A DNA stretch of 64,000 bases, taken from a virus. The stretch lies in IMG/VR virus record IMGVR_UViG_3300029235_000303. One strand, written 5' to 3'. Under the pieces are notes generated by a model, which worked only from the letters and a program-made list of their open reading frames with translations, was not told where the DNA came from and did not search any database. The translations under genes and the position numbers were made by a program. This document shows positions 19,721-28,532 of the stretch, piece after piece. Each line of letters opens with the position of its first letter. Position 1 is the stretch's first letter.

Positions 19721-19737
19721 TGGATTGGAGTGATATT

Positions 19738-19941
19738 ATGAGAAGAGAATTTAAAGTAAATAAAACAAAATGTGCGATAGTAAATCGTAATACTGGCAAT
19801 CTGGAAATTAACAAATATAATCAAAAATATGAAGTTAGGTGTTTTTCACAAAAATATAATGGTTGGATTAGGTTGTGTAGTTGTGCAACTATCTCTGAAG
19901 GAAGAGAAAAGGCTGTACAAATATTATCATTGGCGATATAA
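19738..19941 (+). CDS. hypothetical Cys-containing protein
   Basis: TTGGAGTGATATT then ATG at 19738; the track start 19684 lies inside the terminator. Confidence 0.4.
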   Translation: MRREFKVNKTKCAIVNRNTGNLEINKYNQKYEVRCFSQKYNGWIRLCSCATISEGREKAVQILSLAI

Positions 19942-19971
19942 TATGTATATAATTATTTTTGGAGGTACAAT

Positions 19972-20220
19972 ATGACAAAATTGGGGTTATTAGAAGCGTT
20001 TCAATATGCTGTCGAAACAGTAAATGTTACAAAATTTGAAGAAGCTTTAATAATATTTTCTGTTGAGTATGGTGTTCAGATACCAAGGGAGGCGGCAGAG
20101 TTAATTAAAGCTCAAGATGATAATTTGTCAAAAGAAAAATTAAAGGAAATTATGCTAAAGATACAAATGCCTATCTATAATTATATTAAGACAAATGGCA
20201 ATGTTAATGAGTTAAAGTAA
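19972..20220 (+). CDS. hypothetical protein
   Basis: TGGAGGTACAAT then ATG. Confidence 0.4.
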   Translation: MTKLGLLEAFQYAVETVNVTKFEEALIIFSVEYGVQIPREAAELIKAQDDNLSKEKLKEIMLKIQMPIYNYIKTNGNVNELK

Positions 20221-20245
20221 CAAATAGAATAATAGAGAATATAGT

Positions 20246-20279
20246 AAGAGACTTGTAAAAGCAAGTCTCTTATTTTTAT
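20246..20279 (+). terminator. rho-independent terminator
   Basis: AAGAGACTTG / CAAGTCTCTT 10-bp stem, then ATTTTTAT. Confidence 0.55.
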
Positions 20280-20298
20280 GGAAAGAACGGTGATTACT

Positions 20299-20523
20299 AT
20301 GTTTGATTACAAAGAATTTAAGAAGGAAATGTGCAAAAGAGGACATGAAGTACATAAACATGGAGATTATATAACTATTGAACCCAATAATAATTATGAA
20401 GGATATAATAAAGGATTTTTATATGCATCAGATGTCATTAAAGGATTTGAGCATGAATTAAGACTTATTTATATGCATCATTTTAACACTTGGATATATA
20501 GTGCAAGATTTAAAATTGTATGA
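20299..20523 (+). CDS. hypothetical protein
   Basis: GAACGGTGATTACT then ATG. Confidence 0.4.
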   Translation: MFDYKEFKKEMCKRGHEVHKHGDYITIEPNNNYEGYNKGFLYASDVIKGFEHELRLIYMHHFNTWIYSARFKIV

Positions 20524-20578
20524 TAGAATTAAAATATAGTAACTGTGGGAACGGAATTTAAAAACGGAGGTAAATATT

Positions 20579-20692
20579 ATGATAGAATTAATTAGTGTAA
20601 TTATAGCTTGGATTGTTGTATTCACAATTCCAAACAGATTTCTAAGTAAATCAGAAGCTAAGAAGAGAGAAGAAAGATATAAAAATATGTAG
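20579..20692 (+). CDS. small membrane protein (37 aa)
   Basis: AACGGAGGTAAATATT then ATG; a single TM helix. Confidence 0.3.
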   Translation: MIELISVIIAWIVVFTIPNRFLSKSEAKKREERYKNM

Positions 20693-20710
20693 AAAGGAGG
20701 TTGATGTAAA

Positions 20711-21361
20711 ATGTTAGGTGCATTATTAGCATTAGGAATTTTTGGTGGAGCTGCTGCAAAAGCAGCTTATGATAATTATGATATGAAGAAATATTCTACA
20801 AGGTATGATGAGAATGGAAATCGTCACTATTTTGATAGACTTGGTACTGATTATATTAACGGAGAAAAAATTATAAGTGGTGGTTATACAGATACTAAAG
20901 GTATTTATCATAGAACGGAGACAGGTTTAAATAGTAACAAAGTATATACAGATTATGTGTGTCCATCTGAACAGCTAAAAAAGAAATATGATGAAGAAGA
21001 TAAAGAATATTGCCGTAAAAATGGATTCCCCGCATATCCAGCTTATAATCCACGATTTAAAAGAAAAGTAACAACTGAATTTGAAACAGGCAAAGTGGTA
21101 GCTGCCGTAGTATGGTTTCATAATATATTTACTCAGGAAAATCATTGGGTTAAGTTTTATGTTAAATCTGATGCAAAAGAGTATGAATATGATACACCAG
21201 GAGAATACGACAAAGGAATTGAGATTACTAAAGAGGAAGCTGAGTTATATGATAGAATATTAGGTAAATCTCACAGTGGTATGGTATTCGGAAACAAGAT
21301 TTGGGATGGATTTGACACGAGAAAGCCTGAAGGATGGGATGAAGCACATAGGAAGAAATAA
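20711..21361 (+). CDS. hypothetical protein with N-terminal TM/signal
   Basis: AAAGGAGGTTGATGTAAA then ATG. Confidence 0.45.
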   Translation: MLGALLALGIFGGAAAKAAYDNYDMKKYSTRYDENGNRHYFDRLGTDYINGEKIISGGYTDTKGIYHRTETGLNSNKVYTDYVCPSEQLKKKYDEEDKEYCRKNGFPAYPAYNPRFKRKVTTEFETGKVVAAVVWFHNIFTQENHWVKFYVKSDAKEYEYDTPGEYDKGIEITKEEAELYDRILGKSHSGMVFGNKIWDGFDTRKPEGWDEAHRKK

Positions 21362-21393
21362 TAGTTTCATTGGAAGATGGGAGTTGAGAAATT

Positions 21394-21633
21394 ATGAGAA
21401 TATCTAAAGATATACAAAGAAAAATGCATAAATTAGCACAACTGACTTCACAAGCAGCTATGCTTGATAAAGAAATCAATGATTATTTTGAAAGTAAAGG
21501 ATATGATATTGATGAACTTCGTAGTGGGGACGGAACAACGATTGACGAATTAAATTATGGCAATGATATTACAAATACTTTTGTTAATGATTTTGAAAAT
21601 GGAAAGTATGAATATTGTCGGGATATAGGGTAA
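21394..21633 (+). CDS. hypothetical protein
   Basis: GATGGGAGTTGAGAAATT then ATG. Confidence 0.4.
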   Translation: MRISKDIQRKMHKLAQLTSQAAMLDKEINDYFESKGYDIDELRSGDGTTIDELNYGNDITNTFVNDFENGKYEYCRDIG

Positions 21634-21727
21634 CAAGAATCCAAGTTTTCATAAAACGGTAACGATGTCCGTAGGCAGAAAATCTCTGATGTGTTATAGT
21701 TAATTAAAAACACAAGGAGAATTTAGT

Positions 21728-21970
21728 ATGAAGAATATTGATAGAATGAAGCTGGCTCTTATAGATCAGATTACAAATATGACAACAGAACAATTTGAAA
21801 GATTAAACGATATATTGTGTGAAGAATATGACTTTAATCATGGGTATGTTAATAAAGCTGCAATATTTACTTGTGAAGATTGTAGGAGATTATATGGAAA
21901 ATGCGTTGAATCTGAACGAACAGAAGAATGCGATGAGCGATTTATAAAGTATTTAGAAAGTGAAGTGTAA
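21728..21970 (+). CDS. hypothetical Cys-containing protein
   Basis: AAGGAGAATTTAGT then ATG. Confidence 0.4.
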   Translation: MKNIDRMKLALIDQITNMTTEQFERLNDILCEEYDFNHGYVNKAAIFTCEDCRRLYGKCVESERTEECDERFIKYLESEV

Positions 21971-22015
21971 TTTAAATGAAATCTAAGTTTACTTACGAAT
22001 GGAAAGGAGAATATT

Positions 22016-22345
22016 ATGGATGGATTACATGGAATACATTATTTAAAGACCGATTTAGATAGATTAGATTATTATTCACAACATAATAATACTGATAAGG
22101 TAGATGAATATAAAGATTTGATAGTGGAACATTTGAGAGAATTAATACATAATACAGATCCATATTCAAAAGAGTTGCAAGTAAAAGAGATTCTGTCTAA
22201 AGAAGTGTTTGATAAAATGTCAGACCAGGGAGCTGCACAAGTATTAAGAAGTATATTATTTGCAGATAAAAATAATATTATTGATTGGACACAGGCATTT
22301 TATTATATACAGAAATATATGCCAGAACTGAAAATGTTCGATTAA
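22016..22345 (+). CDS. hypothetical protein
   Basis: AAAGGAGAATATT then ATG. Confidence 0.4.
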   Translation: MDGLHGIHYLKTDLDRLDYYSQHNNTDKVDEYKDLIVEHLRELIHNTDPYSKELQVKEILSKEVFDKMSDQGAAQVLRSILFADKNNIIDWTQAFYYIQKYMPELKMFD

Positions 22346-22391
22346 AATGCCAAGTAAATTTAACTTTCTTTTGATGATTGGGGGTAGAAAA

Positions 22392-22826
22392 ATGGAAAAT
22401 AAAAATTTAGATAGCTATGGATATTTATTAAATTGCCCAGATGAAATGCTTGGCGATGTGAATAAAACGATGAACGATAAACGAGCCATCATAAATTGGA
22501 ATAATTTTAATGTAGGTGATGCTTTTTATACAGAAAATATTTACAGATGTGTAATGGTAGATCACGTAATGAAAAGAATTATGTTTGTAACTGAAGAGGA
22601 ATATAAAAATGAGTTTGAATTAAGATATAATAACAATAAATATAAAAAGCCAGATATGAGAGAAAAGATAAAAGAATATATTAGTGAACTTGACACAGAA
22701 ATTGACAGGCTTGAGAATTCATTAAAAAATACTGATAGTCCATATGATTTACAGATTAAAGGTAGGTTGAATGCAATAATCGAAGTAAAGAATGATTTAT
22801 TGGGAAGATTTGAAGAGGTGATATAA
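22392..22826 (+). CDS. hypothetical protein
   Basis: TGGGGGTAGAAAA then ATG at 22392. Confidence 0.4.
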   Translation: MENKNLDSYGYLLNCPDEMLGDVNKTMNDKRAIINWNNFNVGDAFYTENIYRCVMVDHVMKRIMFVTEEEYKNEFELRYNNNKYKKPDMREKIKEYISELDTEIDRLENSLKNTDSPYDLQIKGRLNAIIEVKNDLLGRFEEVI

Positions 22827-23033
22827 ATGGTAAGATATATGGAATGTTCTACATGTGGCAAGTCATTACTTGAAAATTCAATTATTGTTGTAAGAACTGG
22901 GTTTACAGATAAATATTGTTCATATGGTTGTGCAGCAATTGGTAGTGGATTTTTTGAAAATATAAAATTAACTGATGAAATTGTCCAAGAACACAAATCT
23001 TGTGATGGAAAAGATTGGCTAATAGGAGATTGA
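22827..23033 (+). CDS. zinc-ribbon protein
   Basis: GAAGAGGTGATATAA then ATG; CSTCG...CSYGC. Confidence 0.4.
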   Translation: MVRYMECSTCGKSLLENSIIVVRTGFTDKYCSYGCAAIGSGFFENIKLTDEIVQEHKSCDGKDWLIGD

Positions 23034-23043
23034 GGTGATATAA

Positions 23044-23331
23044 ATGTATGAAGAAGAAATAAATGCGGCATTGATCTCCATACAACAATTTAAAATTGCA
23101 TATAGTAATGAAAATGGAGTTATAACTGTTGGTGATATTAAAGATTTAATGGCTAATATAGATACTATAGAAGAATGTGTAAGAAAGCAAAAGAGAATCC
23201 CAACAACTAACGAAAGAGAATTTGGCTTATTGGGAAAATCAAAAATTGTACATCGGTGTAGTATTTGTGGTAGTAATGTATATTCTACAAATACATATTG
23301 TCCTCAATGTGGGCAGAAATTTTGTATGTGA
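23044..23331 (+). CDS. protein with C-terminal zinc ribbon
   Basis: TGAGGTGATATAA then ATG; CSICG...CPQCG. Confidence 0.4.
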   Translation: MYEEEINAALISIQQFKIAYSNENGVITVGDIKDLMANIDTIEECVRKQKRIPTTNEREFGLLGKSKIVHRCSICGSNVYSTNTYCPQCGQKFCM

Positions 23332-23375
23332 AGTATTAGATTTAATTGAAGAATTGATGAAATGAGGTAATGTAG

Positions 23376-23639
23376 ATGGAAAATAAAAAAACATTAAAAT
23401 ATTTAAATGATATGAAGAATAGTAAAATGCCACCATTTGACAGTCAATATGAATTTTTCTTTGCTACACTGGAAGATTATTATATTGCAAAATCAAATGG
23501 TGCAAAGATAATAAAAGAGGAGCTTATGGAATGGGATTCTGAAGCACAAAAAGAAATTGTTAATATATTGGCTGATATTATAGAATCTGATGAATTGATT
23601 GGCTTTGATAGAAATGATATTTTATCGTTAGCTGATTAA
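23376..23639 (+). CDS. hypothetical protein
   Basis: AATGAGGTAATGTAG then ATG. Confidence 0.4.
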   Translation: MENKKTLKYLNDMKNSKMPPFDSQYEFFFATLEDYYIAKSNGAKIIKEELMEWDSEAQKEIVNILADIIESDELIGFDRNDILSLAD

Positions 23640-23673
23640 ATGACGATTTCAAAGTAAAATTAGGAGGTATAAG

Positions 23674-23991
23674 ATGTATTTAGTAAAAATGAACGATGGC
23701 GATAAAATAATGGAAACAGCAAATGAAGTTAAAGCTTTAGATAAAAATAAAATTGTAAAAATTTATTCACTAACAGAGGTAGACTATAATTCAGTAGTGT
23801 CTACATCTGATATAAGGGACTGTATTTATAATTATTTGAAAGGAGAGCAGATGGAAAAAGATGCCATAGTAGATTATGTATCTAAAACTTTAGATGTAAA
23901 AAAGAATGAAGTTTCCAAAGTGATTACTGCAATGAAAAAGGAGAAAATCATATATATAGTAGAGGAATTTGGATGGCTAGGAATAGATTAA
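23674..23991 (+). CDS. hypothetical protein
   Basis: TTAGGAGGTATAAG then ATG. Confidence 0.4.
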   Translation: MYLVKMNDGDKIMETANEVKALDKNKIVKIYSLTEVDYNSVVSTSDIRDCIYNYLKGEQMEKDAIVDYVSKTLDVKKNEVSKVITAMKKEKIIYIVEEFGWLGID

Positions 23992-24164
23992 GATGATGAA
24001 AAATTGCTAATAGCAGAACGGAGGATGATAAAAATGGAAAGACAGTACACTGTAGAAATGACAATAACGGTTGATGAATTAGTTTTTGGATAGCTTAGAA
24101 GAAGCTCCTTTCCAAGTTGATACTATGTAAAATAAAGACAGTTGAAGATTGTTTTCAAGAGGAA

Positions 24165-24788
24165 AGTAATTATATGGAAATAAATATAGGTGATAAATTT
24201 GGTGATTGGACTGTGCTAGCTTTGTCAGATAAAACAGATTCGTCACACAATAAGTATTACACATGTCAATGTGTGTGTGGGACAATTAGAGCAATTAACA
24301 AAGGAAAATTAATTTCAGGAAAGTCTAAGTCTTGTGGTTGTAAAAGAAAATTAGATATGACTAGGAAAATCGTAAAAGATTTATTGTTTTTAGAGCCTTT
24401 TGGCTATGAAAATGGAAAAGTTATATGGAAATGTAAATGTCTAAAATGTGGAAGAATGTGCTACAGAACTGTATCTAAAGCAAAAGAAGTTGGTACTTGT
24501 GGAAATCATAGAGATGGAAAAACATTAAATGAAAATAGAAAAAAGCGTACACAGGTCGATGGAACCATTGTACAAACTTTAACTCAAAAAGTTTCAAAAA
24601 ATAATACTTCAGGTATAAAAGGAGTTTCTTTTGACAAAACCAGAAAATTATGGGTTGCTCAAATTGGATTTCAAGGAAAGAATTATAGTCTCGGTAAATT
24701 TAAAAAAATTGAAGATGCAGAAAAAGCAAGAAAAGATGCAGAAGATAGATTTTTTAAACCGATTATAGATAAGTATAAAAAAGACTGA
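24165..24788 (+). CDS. AP2-domain DNA-binding protein (homing-endonuclease-associated type) with N-terminal Cys cluster
   Basis: ATG at 24165. C-terminal ...SGIKGVSFDKTRKLWVAQIGFQGKNYSLGKFKKIEDAEKAR is AP2-like. N-terminal CQCVCG...CGCKRK. Confidence 0.45.
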   Translation, partial: SNYMEINIGDKFGDWTVLALSDKTDSSHNKYYTCQCVCGTIRAINKGKLISGKSKSCGCKRKLDMTRKIVKDLLFLEPFGYENGKVIWKCKCLKCGRMCYRTVSKAKEVGTCGNHRDGKTLNENRKKRTQVDGTIVQTLTQKVSKNNTSGIKGVSFDKTRKLWVAQIGFQGKNYSLGKFKKIEDAEKARKDAEDRFFKPIIDKYKKD

Positions 24789-24805
24789 TTTGAAAGGAGG
24801 GAAAA

Positions 24806-25138
24806 ATGCCAAGAATTAGAGATTGTGTTATTTGTGGTAAGAGGTTTACAAGTTACCATGGAATAAATGTATGTAGTGAACAATGTAAAATAGAAAAAAA
24901 GAAACGACAAGATGAAAATTCGAATAAAAGAAGATATAGTAAGGAATCGAATACACCAATAATTAAAATCTGTCCTATTTGTGGGGAAAAGTTTGAAACA
25001 CTTAGAAGAACATATTGTTCAGAAGAGTGTTCTGAGAAAGCACATAAAATACATGTAAAGGAAATTTCAGATCAATACTATAAAGATCATAGAGAAGAAA
25101 TAATTGATAAAGTAAAAGAAAGAAATAATAAATATTAA
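24806..25138 (+). CDS. zinc-finger protein
   Basis: AAAGGAGGGAAAA then ATG; two CxxC...C pairs. Confidence 0.4.
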   Translation: MPRIRDCVICGKRFTSYHGINVCSEQCKIEKKKRQDENSNKRRYSKESNTPIIKICPICGEKFETLRRTYCSEECSEKAHKIHVKEISDQYYKDHREEIIDKVKERNNKY

Positions 25139-25145
25139 TTATAAG

Positions 25146-25174
25146 GAAGCAGAAATTGTCTGCTTCTTTTTTTT
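25146..25174 (+). terminator. rho-independent terminator
   Basis: GAAGCAGA / TCTGCTTC stem followed by T8. Confidence 0.6.
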
Positions 25175-25201
25175 GTTACAAAAAAATGAGGTGAATAATG
25201 T

Positions 25202-25483
25202 TTGAGTAGATATAAGAACGGAAATCCAAAACATGCAAGTCGATTCATATGTTTAAAATGTATGCAAGAAAATATGTTAGCAAGAGGAATTCAGCGTAAG
25301 AAACAACGTGAGAAATTTCATATTAAAGATCTTACTTGTATATTATGCGGTGGAATTGAAACTAAAAATATGGAAGTAAGGTATTGTGATGATTATAAAG
25401 AGATTTATACAAAAGCATTAGAGAAAAGAGAGAATTATTATACAGGAGATTTTAGAAAGGTGGTTGATAATTATGTGTTATAA
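25202..25483 (+). CDS. zinc-finger protein
   Basis: TTG start after AATGAGGTG; CLKC...CILCG. Confidence 0.35.
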   Translation: MSRYKNGNPKHASRFICLKCMQENMLARGIQRKKQREKFHIKDLTCILCGGIETKNMEVRYCDDYKEIYTKALEKRENYYTGDFRKVVDNYVL

Positions 25484-26453
25484 AATAGAAGTCCAAAATA
25501 AAAATGCAGAGAAGCTTAACAGGAAGTTGGATGAGTTGAATCTTCCTATATATACGAGAAAATATTTCACTGTTAAAATTGAAAGCAAAGCAGGTGCATT
25601 AAATTATCTTGGAGTTATTGTAGATTTGCTCAATTGGTTTATTGAAGAGAAACTTATTAATAAAACAAATATTTCAGATATTGAGCCATCGGATTTTACA
25701 GATATCATGGCAGAAGATATTACATTATATTTAAAGACAAAAGAACAAAATGGAATGTCGCCAACTACATTAGAAACAAGGAAACATATTATAAGTAGCT
25801 TTTGGGATTATATGAGTAGAGTAAAGGGAACTGAAATTAAAGATGGATTCTTTAAAGATGTAACCTATAAGGGAATTCCATCTGGAAATAATTTAACAAA
25901 AAAACTTCCAACAGAAAAGCAGCTTAATGATATGGAAGAGAAAATAATGTGGAAAAAGGATGAATGTGTAAGAAATAGGAATATTGCTATCTTTCGAGTG
26001 TTAAGAGGAACTGGAATAAGAGAATCTGAACTTGCAGGTTTAGATTTGTCTAATTTGCATTTAAAAGAAGAAATGCCATACATTACTATTCTTGGCAAAG
26101 GTGTGTACAGAGAACTGCAAAATAGAACAGTATATCTTAGTGGATCTGCTTTAAAAGCATTAAGAGAATGGTTAGAATACAGAAGTACATTGAATAATGT
26201 TGTAGACAAAGAAGCTGTGTTTATAAATAAAAACGGTACACGTACAACAGAAAGAAATATTAAACAGATATTTGAAAATTATGGCAATGGCATCACTCCA
26301 CATATGATGCGACATTATTATGCCAGTATAATGAACAGAAATGGAAATCTTGCATTTGTACAGCAACAGCTTGGACATAGTAGTGTAAATACGACAGTTA
26401 ATAATTATGCAAACGGAGCAGTGGGAATGAAAGATATATTAGACAATATGTGA
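25473..26453 (+). CDS. tyrosine recombinase / phage integrase
   Basis: GGTGGTTGATAATT then ATG. ...LRGTGIRESELAGL... and ...HMMRHYYASIMNRNGNLAFVQQQLGHSSVNTTVNNYA are tyrosine-recombinase boxes (R, H-x-x-R, Y). Confidence 0.8.
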   Translation: MCYKIEVQNKNAEKLNRKLDELNLPIYTRKYFTVKIESKAGALNYLGVIVDLLNWFIEEKLINKTNISDIEPSDFTDIMAEDITLYLKTKEQNGMSPTTLETRKHIISSFWDYMSRVKGTEIKDGFFKDVTYKGIPSGNNLTKKLPTEKQLNDMEEKIMWKKDECVRNRNIAIFRVLRGTGIRESELAGLDLSNLHLKEEMPYITILGKGVYRELQNRTVYLSGSALKALREWLEYRSTLNNVVDKEAVFINKNGTRTTERNIKQIFENYGNGITPHMMRHYYASIMNRNGNLAFVQQQLGHSSVNTTVNNYANGAVGMKDILDNM

Positions 26454-26458
26454 TATGT

Positions 26459-26496
26459 AAAGGACGATACAGATTAATTTGTGTCGTCCTTATTCT
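26459..26496. terminator. bidirectional terminator hairpin between integrase and repressor
   Basis: AAGGACGATACA ... TGTGTCGTCCTT (11/12 bp) between convergent genes. Confidence 0.5.
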
Positions 26497-26743
26497 TACT
26501 TGCTTTATTAATTTCAGTTGCATAGGTTAGTAATCGCTTCATTTGATAGTCATCAGTATCTAATATTTCGAGTGGCGAACAATTAAGTTCTTTACAAATT
26601 GCCTCTAAAATATCAAATTTAATTGAAGTTGATTCACCTTTGTAGATTTTGTCAATCGTTGGATATGTTACGCCTATTTTTTTAGCCAGTTCGTAACGTG
26701 TCATATTTTTTTCTTTTAATTTGTTTTGAATAGATAATTTCAT
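26474..26743 (-). CDS. XRE-family HTH transcriptional repressor (cI/Cro-like)
   Basis: AGGAGGATTACATTC then ATG on the minus strand. ...MTRYELAKKIGVTYPTIDKIYKGE... helix-turn-helix. The 205-aa track ORF extends into the promoter and is rejected. Confidence 0.7.
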   Translation of the reverse strand: MKLSIQNKLKEKNMTRYELAKKIGVTYPTIDKIYKGESTSIKFDILEAICKELNCSPLEILDTDDYQMKRLLTYATEINKASKNKDDTN

Positions 26744-26819
26744 GAATGTAATCCTCCTATATACATAGAGTACCATATATAAAAGAAAAAATAAATATAA
26801 AAAATAATTGTAATAATAC

Positions 26820-26848
26820 TTGACAATATATATAGTGAAGTATATAAT
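26820..26848 (+). promoter_or_regulatory. consensus sigma-A-type promoter (TTGACA-17-TATAAT)
   Basis: TTGACA at 26820-26825, 17-nt spacer, TATAAT at 26843-26848, about 45 nt upstream of the mazF-like GTG. Confidence 0.6.
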
Positions 26849-26891
26849 ACAAAATATCAAAGGAACAAACAGAGAAAGGAGGGCTAACATA

Positions 26892-27242
26892 GTGGAAATT
26901 AAACGTGGTGAAATATATTTCGCTGATATAACTAAATATGATTCTAAAGGTTCAGAACAGAGTGGTAGAAGACCAGTACTGATATTGCAGAATGATATTG
27001 GCAATAAGTTTAGCCCTACCACTATAATTGCCATCATAACAACAAAATCTAAAAGGGAATTGCCAACACATGTAGAAATACATAAGAACAAGCTTAATGG
27101 GTTGAAATATGATTCTGTTGTGGCATTAGAGCAGATTTCGACAATTGATAAAGATAGGATTCAATTTAAAATTGGTGAATTATCTGCTGAAGATAATTTA
27201 AAGGTTATGGAAGCAATGAAAATTAGTTTGGCTATGATATAA
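26892..27242 (+). CDS. mazF: MazF/PemK/EndoA-family endoribonuclease toxin
   Basis: AGAAAGGAGGGCTAACATA then GTG. ...IKRGEIYFADI...GSEQSGRRPVLILQNDIGNKFSPTTIIAIIT...LPTHVEI... is nearly collinear with the B. subtilis EndoA (NdoA) motifs as recalled. No MazE-like gene upstream. Confidence 0.75.
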   Translation: MEIKRGEIYFADITKYDSKGSEQSGRRPVLILQNDIGNKFSPTTIIAIITTKSKRELPTHVEIHKNKLNGLKYDSVVALEQISTIDKDRIQFKIGELSAEDNLKVMEAMKISLAMI

Positions 27243-27260
27243 GAGTGAGGAGAGAACATT

Positions 27261-27557
27261 ATGAAGACAGAAACTTATGATTACGCAAGTATAGATGAAG
27301 CAATTGAAAGATTACAAAAGTTAAAAGCTGAAGGTAAAAATCCTAAAAATGTTGTTATATTAACAATGGATTTTGATAATAATACCTCTTCAAAGAAAAT
27401 CACAACTCCTGATGATGGATGTTTATTAGTAAGAAAATCAAAAACAATTATTGTGAACGAAGATGCTTATATCCCTCATATGCAGCTATTCAATACCGAA
27501 CAGGATATAGAGAATATTATTAAAAGAGGAATTATGCATGACATTCTGTTAAGATAA
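27261..27557 (+). CDS. hypothetical protein (possible cognate antitoxin or partner)
   Basis: GAGTGAGGAGAGAACATT then ATG, 18 nt after the toxin stop. Confidence 0.4.
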   Translation: MKTETYDYASIDEAIERLQKLKAEGKNPKNVVILTMDFDNNTSSKKITTPDDGCLLVRKSKTIIVNEDAYIPHMQLFNTEQDIENIIKRGIMHDILLR

Positions 27558-27585
27558 TTTATTCGAATATTTGTTTGGTTTTATA

Positions 27586-27614
27586 TTGACACAAACGTAT
27601 GTTTGGAGTAATAT
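27586..27614 (+). promoter_or_regulatory. sigma-A-like promoter (TTGACA-17-TAATAT)
   Basis: TTGACA at 27586-27591, 17-nt spacer, TAATAT (or TATAAT with a 20-nt spacer). Confidence 0.45.
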
Positions 27615-27636
27615 AATGGAAGAGGAAATAAAAAAT

Positions 27637-27671
27637 GCTTGACTAGAAAGTTGGCAGCTGGCTAGTCAAGC
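27637..27671. promoter_or_regulatory. 10-bp perfect inverted repeat (operator-like)
   Basis: GCTTGACTAG-N15-CTAGTCAAGC, centred on CAGCTG, just downstream of the promoter; no T tract follows. Confidence 0.4.
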
Positions 27672-27861
27672 AACATACAAAGTCTATTTCTTGGGGAAAT
27701 AATCAGTATGCATTCAAATTATACATAGTAATAGTTATAAAAGTCAATTGCATATCAGCAAAATTTCCAATTTTTTATCACAATTTAATAGCATTTTTAA
27801 TTTTTCTTTGGTATTTCCAAGGCTTATTAAAGTGCGCTAAAAATCAGAGAGGAGTGTTGTT

Positions 27862-28530
27862 TTGTTTATATTAACAGATGGAAAGAATTATGTTATGGAA
27901 AATCCTATGAAATTAGGTGAGTATATGATAACGACTTCAAGTTCTATGGCAAAGGAGTTTACCTACAAACAAGCGAGGTCGTTAGTGCAGAACAGTAGAA
28001 AGAAATATTCATGGATTAAGAAATATAATCTTATTGATGTGGATACAGGACAGAAATCTGATAAATCTCTTTATTATAGAGGAAATGCAAATGTTTATAC
28101 AGGAGATGAAGGTAATTTTGATTATGCTTTATTAGATAAGATTGAATCAGAAGCCAATTCTATCTTAGGGTTAGCAGGCTGGGACGACAATCAACTTATT
28201 ACATATAAAAATTTATTAAATACTGAACTATCAAAGTGCGATAGTGCAGAAAGTGATATTAATCATGCATTAGAAAAATATAAGAAAATACATAATGGCA
28301 AGAAGCCACAAGCTCATAAGGTAGCAAAGATAGGATATTTACTTGATGACATACGAGATAAACATAAACGAATAAAGCAGTGTATAAGGTATGTTCAGGT
28401 TATGCAAGATGCGATAGTCAAAGGATACAACATTGAGAAGATAAAATTGGAACTTAGTAAAGTCACTAGCGATGATTATAAAGGTAGAACGGAATATTGG
28501 AAAATGGCTAATGATATTTTGGAGGATTAA
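27862..28530 (+). CDS. hypothetical protein
   Basis: GAGAGGAGTGTTGTT then TTG; 222 aa. Confidence 0.4.
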   Translation: MFILTDGKNYVMENPMKLGEYMITTSSSMAKEFTYKQARSLVQNSRKKYSWIKKYNLIDVDTGQKSDKSLYYRGNANVYTGDEGNFDYALLDKIESEANSILGLAGWDDNQLITYKNLLNTELSKCDSAESDINHALEKYKKIHNGKKPQAHKVAKIGYLLDDIRDKHKRIKQCIRYVQVMQDAIVKGYNIEKIKLELSKVTSDDYKGRTEYWKMANDILED

Positions 28531-28532
28531 TT

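Noticed and set aside
22562-23071. 169-aa minus-strand ORF (also 34312-34782, 36174-36647, 58616-58957, 60356-60856 and other minus-strand ORFs in the track)
   Set aside because: All are antisense to well-supported + strand genes, lack SD sequences and have Ser/Leu/Ile-rich shadow-frame composition.
26474-27091. 205-aa minus-strand ORF extending the XRE repressor upstream through the promoter region
   Set aside because: The N-terminal 116 aa are low-complexity Leu/Ile/Tyr-rich translation of AT-rich promoter DNA, and they overlap the MazF start. The true start is the ATG at 26743, which has a perfect AGGAGG SD.
27631-27645. Tiny ORF ATG CTT GAC TAG overlapping the palindrome
   Set aside because: A three-codon peptide; the ATG is part of the inverted-repeat context.
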